Numbered from the stretch's first letter, positions 1-12,778 are shown. The stretch: DNA of 62,655 nt from Callorhinchus milii (GCF_018977255.1 NW_024705204.1:1-62655), one strand, 5' to 3'. Numbers and translations are program-made. The notes: generated by a model from the sequence alone, not told the origin.

Positions 1-663
1 TGTGACTTCAAGGCCGGTCTCAAGATCTTTCTCTTTGACGGTGCCTTCAGCTTCCGTCTCGACTCTCTACCCCCTCCTCGCTCCCTCCCTTCCCTCCCCT
101 CACCCTGACCATTGTCCCTCCAATGCTCGGGTCCTGACCCAACTGTCCAGCGCCTTGGGAGGTCCTCACGTCGTTGAGACGTCTCAAAGTGCTCACCAAT
201 CAACTCGCAACAAGGTTCCGACTTAGTTCTTGGTAAACGGTGGTGAGTGGAGTCTGAAAACATGTTCAAAGTTTCGCTCCACTCGGGACTTGAACCCGGG
301 TCCTCCCATCTCCGAGCCTCACAAGCGTGAGACCTGGGTTCGATTCCGGGCAGGGCAAACGTTGGGCAAGTTTCCTTACTCCACACGCCTCTATTTGCCG
401 AGAGTTGGAACCGGTTGTTAGTTGATGGCGGATCGCTTTTCCAGAGGTAATAACGTCATCGAAAAGTTGATGATGATAAAGTTGTCGCTCAGTCCACGAC
501 TGGTTTGTGGAATGTTGTTGTGTGCAATTGGCTTCAATAGTAATAATAATAATCCTTGCATTTGATATAGCGCTTTTCACGTCGGGAGGACGTCCCAAAG
601 CGCTTCACAGAATATACTGTAAAGCGAATTGACTGTATATTTGTGGGCGAAACGCGGCAGCCT

Positions 664-1636
664 CCGGGTCTGGCCTCCTCCTCATCCCCCGAGTCCTCCG
701 CTCCACTCTCGGTGGCCGAGCCTTCAGCCACTGCGCCCCGAGGCTCTGGAACTCCCTTCCTCATTCCCTTCGTCTCGCTCCCTCCCTTCCCATTTTCAGG
801 TCTCGGCTGAAGACCTTTCTTTTTGATCTTCCTCCCCCTCCCCCTGGCTCCTCCCCCTCCACCTGGCTCCTCCCCCTCCCCTGGCTCCTCCCCCTGGCTC
901 CTCCCCCTCCACCTGGCTCCTCCCCCTCCCCTGGCTACTCCCCCTGACTCCTCCTGCTCCCCATGGCTCCTCCCCTCCCCCTGGCTCCCCCCCTTCCCCT
1001 GGCTCCTCCCCTCCACCTGGCTCCTCCCCTCCACCTGGCTCTCCCCTCCCCCTGGCTACTCCCCCTGACTCCTCCTGCTCCCCATGGCTCCTCCCCTTCC
1101 CCTGACTCCTCCCCTCCCCCTGGTTCCTCCCCCTGGCTCCTCCGCCGGACGGCGTCTCAGAGCGCTTTACAGTTTAGGATCCCGGGACCGAGCCAGGGAA
1201 AGGGGGAGGAGCCAGGGGGAGGAGGAGCCAAGGGAGGGGGCGGAGCCAGGATGATGAGGAGTAGCCAATGGAGGGGGAGGAGCCAGGTGGAGGGGGAGGA
1301 ACCAAGGGGAGGGGGAGGAACCATGGGGTGTAGTCAGGCAGAGGGGAGGAGCCAGGCGGAGGGGGAGGAGTCAGGGGCAGGGGGTGGAGCCAGGGGAGGG
1401 GGAGGGGCCAGGGGAGGGGGAGGGGCCAGGGGGAAGGGGGGGGTGGGGGGGGGAAGGTGACCAAAGGTGTGTTCGAAAAGAAAGGTCTTCAGCAGAGACC
1501 TGAGAACAGGAAGAGAGGGGACGAGGGGAAGGGAGTGAGGAAGGGAGTTCCAGAGCCTCGGGGCGCAGTGGCTGAAGGCGCGGCCACCGAGGGTGGAGCG
1601 GAGGACTCGGGGGACGAGGAGGAGGCCAGACCCGGG
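664..1636. repeat. Tail-to-tail inverted pair of L2 3' fragments with C-rich/G-rich expansions
   Basis: 664-830 is the near reverse complement of about 1460-1636; CCTCCCCCTGG-type array at 826-1143 faces the GGGGGAGGAGCC-type array at 1190-1455. Confidence 0.85.
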
Positions 1637-1865
1637 GGAGAGAAGGTTAAGAGGAGACATCATAAAAGTCTTCAAAATTATGAGGGGATTCGATAGGTCA
1701 GAACCGGAAGCCTCTAACCTGCCGCATCTCCCGCTTGGGAGGCAGTTATCAGCCAAACACACAAAACAATTTGTGGTGTATTATGTGAAGCGCTTTGAGA
1801 CGTTGTGATGTGAACGGGAGTTATATGAAGGCAACGGTTAGCAATATTGCATAACAATTTGCTTT

Positions 1866-2185
1866 GTGGAGACCTGTCGCTCCGTGGTTAGAGCACTCGC
1901 TTTGCGAGCGAGAGACCTGAGTTCAATTCCAGGCAGAGGGCGAAAGTTTCCTTACTCCACACACCTAATAATAATCCCTCCGAAAAAACCCCAAACAATA
2001 ATAAATTGGTCATTTTCAATCTACGACTGTTTGTGGGACATCGCTGTGCGCAATTGGCTGCCGCGTTCGCCCACAAATATACAGTCGATTCACTTTACAG
2101 TGTGTTCTGTGAAGCGCTTTGGGACGTCCTCCCGACGTGAAAAGCGCTACATCAAATGCAAGGATTATTATTATTATATATTATT
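1866..2185 (+). mobile_element. tRNA-derived SINE with L2-like 3' tail
   Basis: Head with A-box/B-box-like motifs (GGTTAGAGC...GAGTTCAATTCC), central body, GGGACGTCCTCCCGACGTGAAAAGCGC and (ATT)n tail. Confidence 0.9.
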
Positions 2186-2186
2186 A

Positions 2187-2701
2187 TAATGTGTTGAACA
2201 GGCAAATGAAAGCGAAAACAGACAGAGGAACAAAAACACGGATAAACTTTTCCAATACTCTCCAGGCGAGCAAAGTGTAACAGCTTGGTTTCAAGGTGCA
2301 GTACCACGGGGTGTTGTTGACTATAATGTGAGGATCAAATATAAAGTAACAGGGAATGCTCACTGAGCAGCTGAAGATAAAGACCGTTCCAATCACCGCT
2401 CTCTCCGTGCAATATCTTGCTTTCAGCTTTGGGCAGGTAATGGCTACAAATCGGTCGACAGTGAAAGCGAAGGTGAACCACAAAGAACTGAGGAAAGCTG
2501 CAGTCAGCAGTGCAAATGTCACGCTGCACACGGGAGTGTAGGATAGGAAACTTGGTGGGAAATAAAGGTTGTTAATTTTGTTCAACACATCCATGAGGAG
2601 TACGAGCAGATCCGCGGTGGCCATGGCGAGCAGGTAGCGAGTGACACACTTCGAGAGACCGCATTTTCCTCTCGACAGGATCGCAATCGCCAGAAAGTTC
2701 A
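2187..2701 (-). pseudogene. GPR139/GPR142-like orphan GPCR, exon 2 (TM1-TM5), truncated
   Basis: Pyrimidine tract plus CAG acceptor at 2702-2704. Class A motifs: SRGKCGLSKCVTRYLLAMATADLLV (TM2), FTVDRFVAITCPKLKARYCTE (DRF). The frame stops at LFNTL* where the (AAT)n tail of a SINE begins. TM6-7 not found in the window. Confidence 0.85.
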
Positions 2702-2907
2702 CTGCCAGAGGGAAAGAAAAGAGAAAAATTACTCCTATCGATAAAATTGTCAGATTAGAAACGTAAAGGCGTGTCATGTTTGGGTGTGTGTTGGTTGAGT
2801 TGATTCAACTATTTTAGAACTTCCTCCATACCACAAGCTTTTTGCAAACCCTTTCATATCGATTGGATGTGTTGCCTGTTGGAAAATAATCTAATAAATG
2901 TAATAAT

Positions 2908-3226
2908 AAATGATAATAATCCTTGCATTTGATATGGCGCTTTTCACGCCTTCTCGACGTCTCAAAGCGCTTCACAGAATAGACTGTAAAGTGAATTGAC
3001 TGTATATTTGTGGGCGAAACGCGGCAGCCAATTGCGCACAGCAACGTCCCACAGACAGTCGTGGATTGAAAATGACCAATTTATTGTTGTTTGTTTTGGA
3101 GGGATTATTATTAGGCTGTGTGTGGAGGAAGGAAACTTGCTCAAGGTTTCCCCCCGGCCGGGAATTGAACCCAAGTCTCTCGCTTGCAAGGCAAGTGCTC
3201 TAACCACTGAGCCACAGGACGCCACT
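2908..3226 (-). mobile_element. tRNA-derived SINE
   Basis: Same family as 1866-2185, full length. Confidence 0.9.
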
Positions 3227-3716
3227 GTAAAAGTAGTCAGCATTAACCAATCAGCAAAATTATTTGAGGAATGCAATTGCGGGCATAACATTTCTTCCTT
3301 TTTCTTGGTTTCTTTCCATCGTGTAATATGCATAGTCCAGTTATTTTGTGAGACATGTTTACGTCACATTGGCCAAGTGCACCACACCTCTCCTCAACTT
3401 ATGAAAGAAACTTGGACAGAGGAAAGCACAGCATCATATTCTGTGAAGATAAGAGTTGACTTTTGTTGGGTTATCTTAGATACGTAGTTTGCGCAACTTT
3501 TCATCCCAGTTCTTTCCACTTCTACTGTAACATGTAAGGACGTATGTAGCTCCAATCCCAAGGCCCTTTGCTCCTTGACATCTTCCAAAATATACTCCTT
3601 ACCTTCTTTTTTTNCTACCAAAATGAATCACCTGACGGGCGATTTTTCATACCAGTACCTATCCAATTGAACGAATCTCTTCAAGAGTGCCGTTGAATGA
3701 CAACTAATAGAATTAC

Positions 3717-3786
3717 CTGGAATTCCAAAGACTACAAGAATGGGGTAATAAATAGACACTATCGCATGCAGCGTTGAAAATTCCAT
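3717..3786 (-). pseudogene. GPR139/GPR142-like orphan GPCR, exon 1
   Basis: ATG at 3786 gives MEFSTLHAIVSIYYPILVVFGIP followed by a phase-1 donor G|GTAATT; it joins in frame to VNFLAIAILSRG of exon 2. Confidence 0.8.
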
Positions 3787-4778
3787 GCCCTGTTTTTTAC
3801 ACGCCTATGTCTTGTTGCTGGAGCTTCAATGGACAAAGTGGTGTCACTCCAGAATAAATTTATACTTATAGGGAATGGGAATCGACCGCTTGCATAATCA
3901 CTGCAATTAGTTCCAGACCTGTGAACAAACAAGAGAGTATTTTCACTTGTGAATTGCAAACATAGTACTTTGATTCATTTGGCTGTTGCAAAATGTATTA
4001 TAAAAAACGGAAAGAGAGCAAAAGAGAATATGATTGAAATCATTTCACGGAACGTAAAGAAAAAGCTTCCACAGCAACTTGAATTCATGAAGCGCCCTTC
4101 GCGCGACGTAAAATCACCGAGAACTTCAAGTTACAAAAAAGTTTACATTCAAACATTTGAAGTAGAATATTAACTCCCGAAATGGGGGGGGGGGGGGTGT
4201 CAAGGGGTTGGGAAGGGAATTGGTTTTCTGTCACATCGCACGTGAAAACCCGTCGCCGTGCTTACGAGTCTCCAAAACAAACTGAGAATTCCCTACATCT
4301 CATCTCATCTACACATGGAAATCCCACAAATAGATTGTTGGAATGGAACGAGCATTCGCTCCCCGGAAGAACGCACGTTGCTTGCTTAATTCCAGAAACT
4401 ATTAGGCGCAGGTTGGCAAGAGCCGGAGTCTCTGCTGGAGTCAAATCAGCTAAATCCACATGACTTGCCACTCGCGGTCCAGACTGACACTCCAGGGCCA
4501 GAGCTGAGGGGAAGCACTGCAATGTCCTTCATGAGCTGTTAACCTCACTCCGTGTCTGGGCTGGTCAGCTGGGGGTTACATGTCTCTCTGTAAGATAATA
4601 TTTGCGATGCTTAGTATCTTTAAGGTTTATTAATTGTAACCTGCTTTGCTTTTAATCCTTCGCGGAGGATTGTAGCCAACTAATTACTAAGGCGTGGATG
4701 GAGTTGGTTGCTTTTCACGGTGAGCTTCGAAGGCTCTGTTGATTAGCAGAAGGTAAAGGTATATTAGCTCGACCCGGT

Positions 4779-5060
4779 TCAGGTCACTTTCTGAGAGCAT
4801 TCCATTGCTCGGAGTTGAAAAATGCGATTAATGACCGAATCGGAAAACAGAGTCAGCGTTGGCAAAGACACAACCGGACAAATCTCTCTGCGCTCAATCT
4901 TTCTGTGTACTTTTTGGAGGAAGAATACTTTTCTCGGGTTTTGTGAGATCTTCATTTTCACCAACTGCGACTCCTCCTCTTTTGACCGGAATGCTCTCTT
5001 CATTTTCTGTCCGGGCTTCCGTCATGTCTCTCGTGTGGTCACCTCCATCCTCAGCTGATC
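4779..5060 (-). other. Possible terminal exon of the lectin gene
   Basis: cctgtcag acceptor; the phase-0 frame reads DQLRMEVTTRET* and then stays open for about 80 more codons (RKPGQKMKRAFRSKEEESQLVKMKISQNPRK...SQKVT*). Assignment uncertain. Confidence 0.3.
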
Positions 5061-7733
5061 CTGACAGGATGTGTGAGCTCTCCGTTTTGTTTTGAAATGC
5101 ATGACATAATAATATGATGAGCGTGTGGCAGTCTGGCCTAACCTTTCTCACTGGAGCCTCTGTGTCAGAAGGTTGGAGGTTCAAGGGACTTGGAACCCAT
5201 CTCGTCTCGGCTGACATCCCAATGCAGTCCTGGGGGAATGCTGCATTGCTGCAGTGCCACCCTTCGGATGAGGTCCCATTAATCTGTCCAGCTGGAGCGT
5301 TGTGAAAGGCAAACCTACTGGAATGATTTCAGGGTGACAGATTACTGCTGTCAGGATCGATATGATAGATTAGGCCTTTCGTTATATAGGATAGATATGA
5401 TAGAAAAGCCCAACACTTTTCAAACCTATTTTCCGAAAGGCTACAATACCAGAAATGTGAAGATTTTGGCAACGGTTTGGCCTCTCTTTTCACTTTCCGC
5501 TTTGGCTCAGTGCAATACTCTAACTTCGGCGTCAAATGGTTATGGATTCTAACCGTATGACTTCAGTTAAGCTTCCAGTCTCGGCTTGCACTCCAGTACA
5601 GAAATGGGCGAGGGGCGGAGGGAACAATAATAACAAAAATAATCCTTGCGTTTGATATAGTGCTTCATCACGTCTTCGAAACACTTCGAAGCGCTGCACT
5701 GAATATACTGTAAAGTGAATGACTGTATATTTTGTGGGTGAAGTGCAGCAGCCAATTGCACACAGAAGTGTCCCTCAAATAGTCGTGGAATGAGTGACCG
5801 AATTCCTGTTACAATTATTGTTTTACTTTTGTTCAAAGGATTATTACCCCCAGAAAAGTGATCCGCGTGTCGACAAACAAGTTCGTTCCTACTTACTAAT
5901 AGAAGCCAAGAAAACAAAAGGCTCATCTTTCCTTCCACTTTATTTCTGATTGACTTGCACGCCATCCCACGAAAATAGAAATTCTCACACGGCCGGAAAT
6001 GAATGCATTTTCTTTATTCCCACTAATTCAAAACCTGGATTTTTGATATGTAACACTACATTCAAATTGTGTGTTTTGTTGCAACAAAGACTCTTGAGCA
6101 CAAGAATTCAAATGTGAATAGAGAGGACAAAACTGCACAGGTCCTGCATTTCATGAGTACGTTTCAAGCCGACAATGATGGTGCCAACAACTGGGTATAT
6201 TCATCCAATAAACGCATTTCTTATCCACTTTATTGGTCACACAAAACTCATCAAATTAAATTGTGGAAATTAAATGAGCACAATCAATTCTCAGAACATG
6301 GAGTAAAGGCTCATCTGATTTCAAGGTCTTTGAAAGAACGAGAGGTTTTGACAGAGAGATCATTTCCATCAGTTAGTGAGTCAGTGTTTGGATGGCATTC
6401 AGTCGAGATCATCAACAAGAAAACAAAGGGAAGGGGATGTGGATGATGTTTTTTTACCCAGAAAGTGGTTATCCCAGAAAGTGGGATATTTTTCCAGGTG
6501 GAGTGAGTGAGTACAGCTTCTGTACAGTGAAATCAAGATGGAACTGGATAGAAATTTAAAGAGGAATAACGTGCAAGGGTATGGGGAAAGACATGCACAT
6601 GGGATGAATGGACTTCTATGCTATAAAGCTATGGTTCAGAGAACAGGATATCCGGAAATACACATTAAAAAAATGTGAAACTGGAATCAGTTATCCACAG
6701 TAGCAAAGAGGATTAATATTGAAGCTGTTCCACGCAGTGACACAAAGTTGTTCTGCGTTCAGTTAATTTGTTCGTTTGGGAGTGTTCTGGCTTGAAGCCT
6801 CCTGATAGTCCATGTTCATCCTTAGCTTTGGATTGGCCACATGGCCTTTGGGGTTGGCCTGCAATAGAGGTAAACACACACCTGAATGTCGCAAATGGAC
6901 ATGAAGAGCAATTCATAGCTACGTCTCTGCTGAAAAATTGCAGTTTTTCTCGGGGAGAAATTATTCAATGAGTTTCAAAGTGACATATTTTGCAAATCAC
7001 AACAACTCGCCTTTGTACAGCTCCGATCGGGAAGTGTGAGTTCTCAAAGTGCTCGCGGATGGAAAGCTGGGATGTTGGAGGACAGGGGAGAATGAAGGTT
7101 ATCGTAGGCACAGTGAAAGATGTAGGTATTCAAGAGGTTTCTGAAGGCAGACAGAGAGTGTCTGGGTGGATGGATGTAAGGGTGGAGGTCCAGAAGGAAG
7201 GTGAATGAAGGAGGATCGAGGCTGGTGTCGATAACAAAATGCAGCGACAATGAAAAGAAAGTGTAATAACAAAATTCTAAAGCACTTTCGCACCATTTTT
7301 ATTCTGTATTACGTAATTCATTCATGATTTCTCCCTGAAAATCTCAAGTTGCAATGGGTACGTTTCAGATTTGTAAGGAGTGATTCAACTTTAGGAGACA
7401 TGGGGGTGACGAGGGGAGAATGAGATACTGTGGGTGATGTGTACAGAGACAAGTCTAAGGCATGAAACATAGGAACAGAGTGAACCAATTTAGCTCATCT
7501 TTCTGATCGTCATAGCAGATCTTTCAATGTAACGTTCCTGTTTTTCCTCAGTAAATCTTTACTTCCTAGGTATCTATCCATCAGTCACTTAAATAGGCAG
7601 ATGGGGCTTTAGCTCAGCATCTCATCTGGTTTCCATCACATCCTTTGGTTCAAGTACTCCAAGTAATTCAATAGTTTTGGTCACGTTTCTTGACAAATTT
7701 GATATAGTGATGTACCTTTTGATTGGCTTTCAC

Positions 7734-7789
7734 CTGGGATTTGACAGCTTCAATTGGAGCAAGTTCCTTCTGTGATAACTGTGCACACC
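7734..7789 (-). CDS. Putative downstream exon, phase 1 to 0
   Basis: ttttcttcttccgcag acceptor; GCAQLSQKELAPIEAVKSQ then CAG|GTGAAA. Read-through would instead end VKANQKVHHYIKFVKKRDQNY*. Confidence 0.45.
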
Positions 7790-8118
7790 CTGCGGAAGAA
7801 GAAAACAACAAGTAGTGCAAGGATCGGATTTAATAAGAGGTCTCACTGATCACGAGATGAAACAAAAACAAAGTGGCTTCACGTCAACTTTAAGCCCCGA
7901 AGGATGTCGGACATTCGAACATTGAAGTCTATGCCACTTGCTCCTTATATAACTAAAAGGTTTGTTTTTTTGCATCAATCACACTTTCCATCTCTCTACC
8001 CAAGTTTTCGGCTCCCAATGCTCCAGAGGCACACAATTTAATCTGGTCTTTCAAGACCACCCTTTCGTACCATGTAATGTCATACAGAATTGTGAAATAT
8101 TTGAGAAAGTGTACTTAC

Positions 8119-8202
8119 CCGGCTCAGACTTCTTTCCACAAAAGCGCTGTGAATGAACAGAAGGCTGGGAATCCTTTGCTAAAGGAATCATTAGCTGGCG
8201 TT
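8119..8202 (-). CDS. Putative downstream exon of the lectin gene, 84 nt, phase 1-1
   Basis: catttcttccacccgtgcag acceptor; ERQLMIPLAKDSQPSVHSQRFCGKKSEP; consensus donor G|GTAAGT. Confidence 0.55.
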
Positions 8203-8867
8203 CTGCACGGGTGGAAGAAATGCAATGAAACACGTTACTGCTCTGAGTCTGTTGTCTTAACAGACCTACTTAGGATACATGCAATGTCACTCTCCACATC
8301 CCCAATCCCATACCCCTCTGTTCCCTTCTCTCTCATATATTTACTTGTTCTAACCAAGTGTTGAAGTTTTTTTTTGTTTTGAGGGCTGAAATCTGAACGC
8401 CTGTGTTCAGAAGAACAAAGTAACATTGTATTTTATACTGTGCAATAAGAATGCGGAATCCACCATTAAATTTCTTTACACATAAGGCAATGGATAATAG
8501 GAACATGTTCTGAGCAATGTGGTTCAGTCATTGGCAGTGCAAATAGGAGGCTGTTCAGTCCCTGAAGCCAATTGTACTGGATTATTAGATAGGTAGATCT
8601 TTTAATCCCAATGTTCTGACATTTCAACAAAATCTTAACAGCTTTATGTCCAAAATGTCTGACAATCGCTTCTTTAAGCATCTCTATTGATTCCACAAAT
8701 TGAGACCGTTGAAAACTGGTACTGGCCTCCTTGAATAATAAAACATAGACCGCATTAGAGGTCTTTCTACCCTTGGAGACCAAGATGATATTAAATAATC
8801 CACTCAATATCTCTCCACCTGCTCTTTCCTACAACCTGCCATCGCCGCATTTTGAAATGATGCCAAT

Positions 8868-9746
8868 GGGAACTACCGGCCAGTCAGCCGGGAACTACCG
8901 GCCAGTCAGCCGGAACTACCGGCCAGTCAGCCGGGAACTACCGGCCAGTCAGCCGGGAACTACCGGCCAGTCAGCCGGGAACTACCGGCCAGTCAGCCGG
9001 GAACTACCGGCCAGTCAGCCGGGAACTACCGGCCAGTCACCCGGGAACTACCGGCCAGTCAGCCGGGAACTGCCGGCCAGTCAGCCCGGAACTCCCGGCC
9101 AGTCAGCCGGGAACTGCCGGCCAGTCAGCCGGGAACTGCCGGCCAGTCACCCGGGAACTCCCGGCCAGTCACCCGGGAACTCCCGGCCAGTCAGCCGGGA
9201 ACTACCGGCCAGTCAGCCGGGAACTGCCGCCCAGTCAGCCGGGAACTGCCGGCCAGTCAGCCGGGAACTACCGGCCAGTCAGCCGGGAACTACCGGCCAG
9301 TCAGCCGGGAACTGCCGGCCAGTCAGCCGGGAACTGCCGGCCAGTCAGCCGGGAACTACCGGCCAGTCACCCGGGAACTGCCGGCCAGTCAGCCGGGAAC
9401 TACCGGCCAGTCACCCGGGAACTGCCGGCCAGTCAGCCGGGAACTACCGGCCAGTCAGCCGGGAACTACCGGCCAGTCACCCGGGAACTGCCGGCCAGTC
9501 AGCCGGGAACTACCGGCCAGTCACCCGGGAACTGCCGGCCAGTCAGCCGGGAACTACCGGCCAGTCAGCCGGGAACTACCGGCCAGTCAGCCGGGAACTA
9601 CCGGCCAGTCAGCCGGGAACTACCGGCCAGTCAGCCGGGAACTACCGGCCAGTCAGCCGGGAACTACCGGCCAGTCACCCGGGAACTACCGGCCAGTCAG
9701 CCGGGAACTACCGGCCAGTCACCCGGGAACTACCGGCCAGTCAGCC
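8868..9746 (+). repeat. 22-bp minisatellite, about 40 units
   Basis: Unit GGGAACTACCGGCCAGTCAGCC with variants (ACTGCC, ACTCCC, TCACCC). Confidence 0.97.
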
Positions 9747-9985
9747 TAACGTCAGTAATGGGGAAACTTCTGGAGATTATAATCCGGGACAAAATAAATT
9801 TTCACTTAGAAAAATGTGCGTTAACAAAGGACAGTCAATACGGGTTTGTTAAAGGCAAATCCTGTCTAACAAACCTGATACTGATTTTCGTTGAAATATG
9901 GAGACGATGAATTAAGGAAGTGCAGTTGACGTAGTTAATATAGAGTTTCAAAAGGCGTTTGATAACGTGCCACATAAGAGACATG
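9725..9985 (+). mobile_element. CR1-clade LINE RT fragment
   Basis: GNYRPVSLTSVMGKLLEIIIRDKI...QYGFVKGKSCLTNLI...FQKAFDNVPH. Confidence 0.9.
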
Positions 9986-10200
9986 TACGACAACAACAAC
10001 AAGAATAAGATTACATTTGTACAGCGCCTTTCACGTCGGGAGGACGTCCCAAGGCGCTGGACAGTGACAGCATTTCAGACCCGAGCTGGGGTCAGGGGGG
10101 AAAAGGGAGGGGAGGGGCAGGTGGTGGGGGGCGATGGCATGGTTGAAGAAGAAGGTCTTGAGGTGGGACATGAAGGAGGCTAAGGAGGGCGCTGTGGGAA

Positions 10201-10582
10201 TGTAAGAGGACTAAATCTCGTAAAGTACAGAGTGTCTGGACTATGAGAAGATTAGAGTTGTTTGTAAGCAACGGTAGGTAATTAGAGCAGAACCAGTGTC
10301 CTTCTCCTGTCTGCAAATGTGTAATCAAGATTGTGATGACTGAATGTCGCTCGTCAATCAACAGCAAGAATTGTTTTGAGACATGAGGGGATCGCAAATA
10401 ATCGTGTATATAAAGTAATGGGACTGCCCCGTTGGTAGAGGGAGAGTACCGACTCTTCTGGGAGATGTGCTATTGTACTGCCTCTCGCTTTCCCTCTCCT
10501 CACCGCAAGTATCTGAATAAACTATATTTCTGAGCCAACTCGGTTTGTGGGCGTTCGTTTAATCCGAGCTGTCGCGACTACG
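10201..10582 (+). mobile_element. Probable solo LTR inserted in an L2 fragment
   Basis: Starts TGTAAG, contains GTATATAAAG and a downstream AATAAA, ends GCGACTAC(G). No clear target-site duplication. Confidence 0.5.
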
Positions 10583-11273
10583 TCCTGGGCTCGACAGGCG
10601 CGAGGTGGAGTGACTGGGGATGGAATTCCAGAGGTTGGGAGCAGAGTGGCTGAAGGCTCTCCCGTCAATTGTGGGGCGGGTGGGTCGGGGGACGTGGAGC
10701 AGCCAGAGCCGGCTGAGCGGAGGGAGCGGGATGGGTGGTAGGGGGTTAGGAGGTGGCAGAGGTAGGGTGGGGCGAGGCCATGGAGGGCTTTGTAGGTGGA
10801 CCAGGATCTTGAACTGGATCCTCTAAAGGATAGGGAGGCAGTGGAGTCGGGCGAGAGTGGGGGAGAGGGGGTCACGGAGTTTGGTGCGGGAGAGGACACG
10901 GGCTGCAGAGTTCTGGATTATCTGAGCTGTGGAGGGAGGAGTTGGGAAGGCCGACAAGCAGGGAGTTTGCATAGTGGAGCCTGGAGGTCATGAAGGCACG
11001 AACAAGAGTTTCAGCGCCTGAGGGGTGAGATAGTGGCGGAGTCGGCCGATGTTACGGAGGTGAGGGAAGGCAGAGCGGGTCATGGCTTGAATGTGGGGAA
11101 GAAAAGACAGTTTGAGGGTTGAACAAGACCCCCAGGTTCTTGACTGGCAGTGAGTTGTAGTGGGCAACCATGGAGGGTGATGCACCCAGAGCCTGAGGTA
11201 CTGAGGCGCTGGCGCGAGACAATCAGGAAAGCCTCAGTCTTGTTCACATTTAACTATAGGAAATTTGGTCCTG

Positions 11274-12398
11274 GAGTTGTAAGCAGAATAGAAGCCCATG
11301 GTATTAAAAGGACATTGATAGCACGAATACAGAATTAGCTGTGAGACAGAAAGCAAAGAGTGTTGGTGAAAGCTTGTTCTTCTGGGGACGTGTGTATTTG
11401 TGCACCCAGGGGTCGGTATTGGAACCAGTGCTATTTTTGATCCATATAAATGACCTGGACTTGGATATAGGGATTACAATTTCCAAGTTTGCAGATGATA
11501 CTGAGATGGAAAAAGTAGTAAACAGTGAGGAGGATAGTAACAGCCTGTAAATGGACATAGACAGACTGGTAAAATGGACAGAAACTTGGCAGATGAAGCT
11601 TAATGTGGATAAATGCGAAGTGATGCGTTTTGGGAGGAAGAATGAGGAGAGACGATACAAGCGAGGGCCGTAGGATCTTAAAGGAGGAAACAAAACCGAG
11701 AAACCTGTGGGTTCATATAAGTAAATCTTTAAAGGTGGCAGGACAGATATTTAAAGCTGTTAAAAAAGCATATGGGATACTAGGCTTTATAAATAGGGGC
11801 ATAAAATAAAAAGGTCAGGAAGCTATGATGAAGCTTTATTAAACATTCATTAGGCCTCACCTAGAGCCTGTGTTCAGTTCTGGGCTACACACTTTAGGAA
11901 GGGTATCAAGGCATTGGAGAGGGTGCAAAGGAGATTTACCAGGATGGTACCAGGAATGAGGGACTTCCGTTAACAGAAGAGGCGAGAGAAGCTTGGATTA
12001 TTCTCCTTCGAGCAGAGGAGGTTAAGAGGAGACTTAATATAAGCTTTCAACATTATGAGGGGATTAGATAGGGTCAACAAGGAGAAATTATTTCCACTGG
12101 CAGGTGGGTCGGTAACAAGGCACCTATTTAAGACAGTTGTTAAAAGAATCATAGGAGAGGTGAGGATTATTTGGGGATCTGGATTGCATTGACTGAAAGG
12201 GAGGTGGAAACCGTTTCGATAACAACTTTTAAGCGAGACGTAGATAACCATTTGGGGAGGACAAGATTGCAAGGCTCTCGTGAGAGAGGGGTGGGAGTGG
12301 GATTGATCTGGAAACTCTTTTCAAAGAGACGCGCTTTTCACAGACACAATGAGCCAAATGGCCTCCTTCTGTGCTGTGTAATTCTATGACTCTATGAT
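11274..12398 (+). mobile_element. CR1 LINE 3' fragment
   Basis: QGSVLEPVLFLIHINDLD...SKFADDT; ends in the CR1-type (ATTCTATG)-like tail. Confidence 0.9.
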
Positions 12399-12415
12399 CA
12401 CATTTCTGATCCTAC

Positions 12416-12778
12416 CTGTGTAACAAATGAAACGGTGCATTTGATAACAGGGTTCAGCCACCCATAAGCCGGCCTTCACCACCACGCAATTCAACCGTCC
12501 GCTCTTAGGAACCATCTTGTCTCTCCACTGTGAATATCTGAATTTGTCTCCATTTGCCCAACTCCATCCAGCACTCGACTTCTTGTCACTGTACAGCCCA
12601 ATCCACGTGGATGTGTTTCCAACAAACAATGGAAAAGTCGCGTTATATTCCTGCTGGTTCCGAATGCTAATAAGATCTGTGCAGTGATTGCGGCAATAAG
12701 TTAGGGCATCCATCCAGTTTTTCCATCGGTCTATCCGGTAATATACTCTGTTTAGAGTTTTAATGCTTGGGTATAAAT
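12416..12778 (-). CDS. CTLD cassette exon J (last), 363 nt
   Basis: ctctctacag acceptor; DLYPSIKTLNRVYYRIDRWKNWMDALTYC...TWIGL...WRDKMVP...C...GLWVAEPC...ICYT; donor G|GTAGGA. Confidence 0.9.

Noticed and set aside
534-1762. Several Pro-rich and Gly-rich ORFs
   Set aside because: Translations of C/G-rich arrays and L2 3' fragments.
8773-9852. 359-aa repetitive ORF
   Set aside because: Product of a stop-free 22-bp minisatellite running into CR1 RT sequence; not a credible gene.
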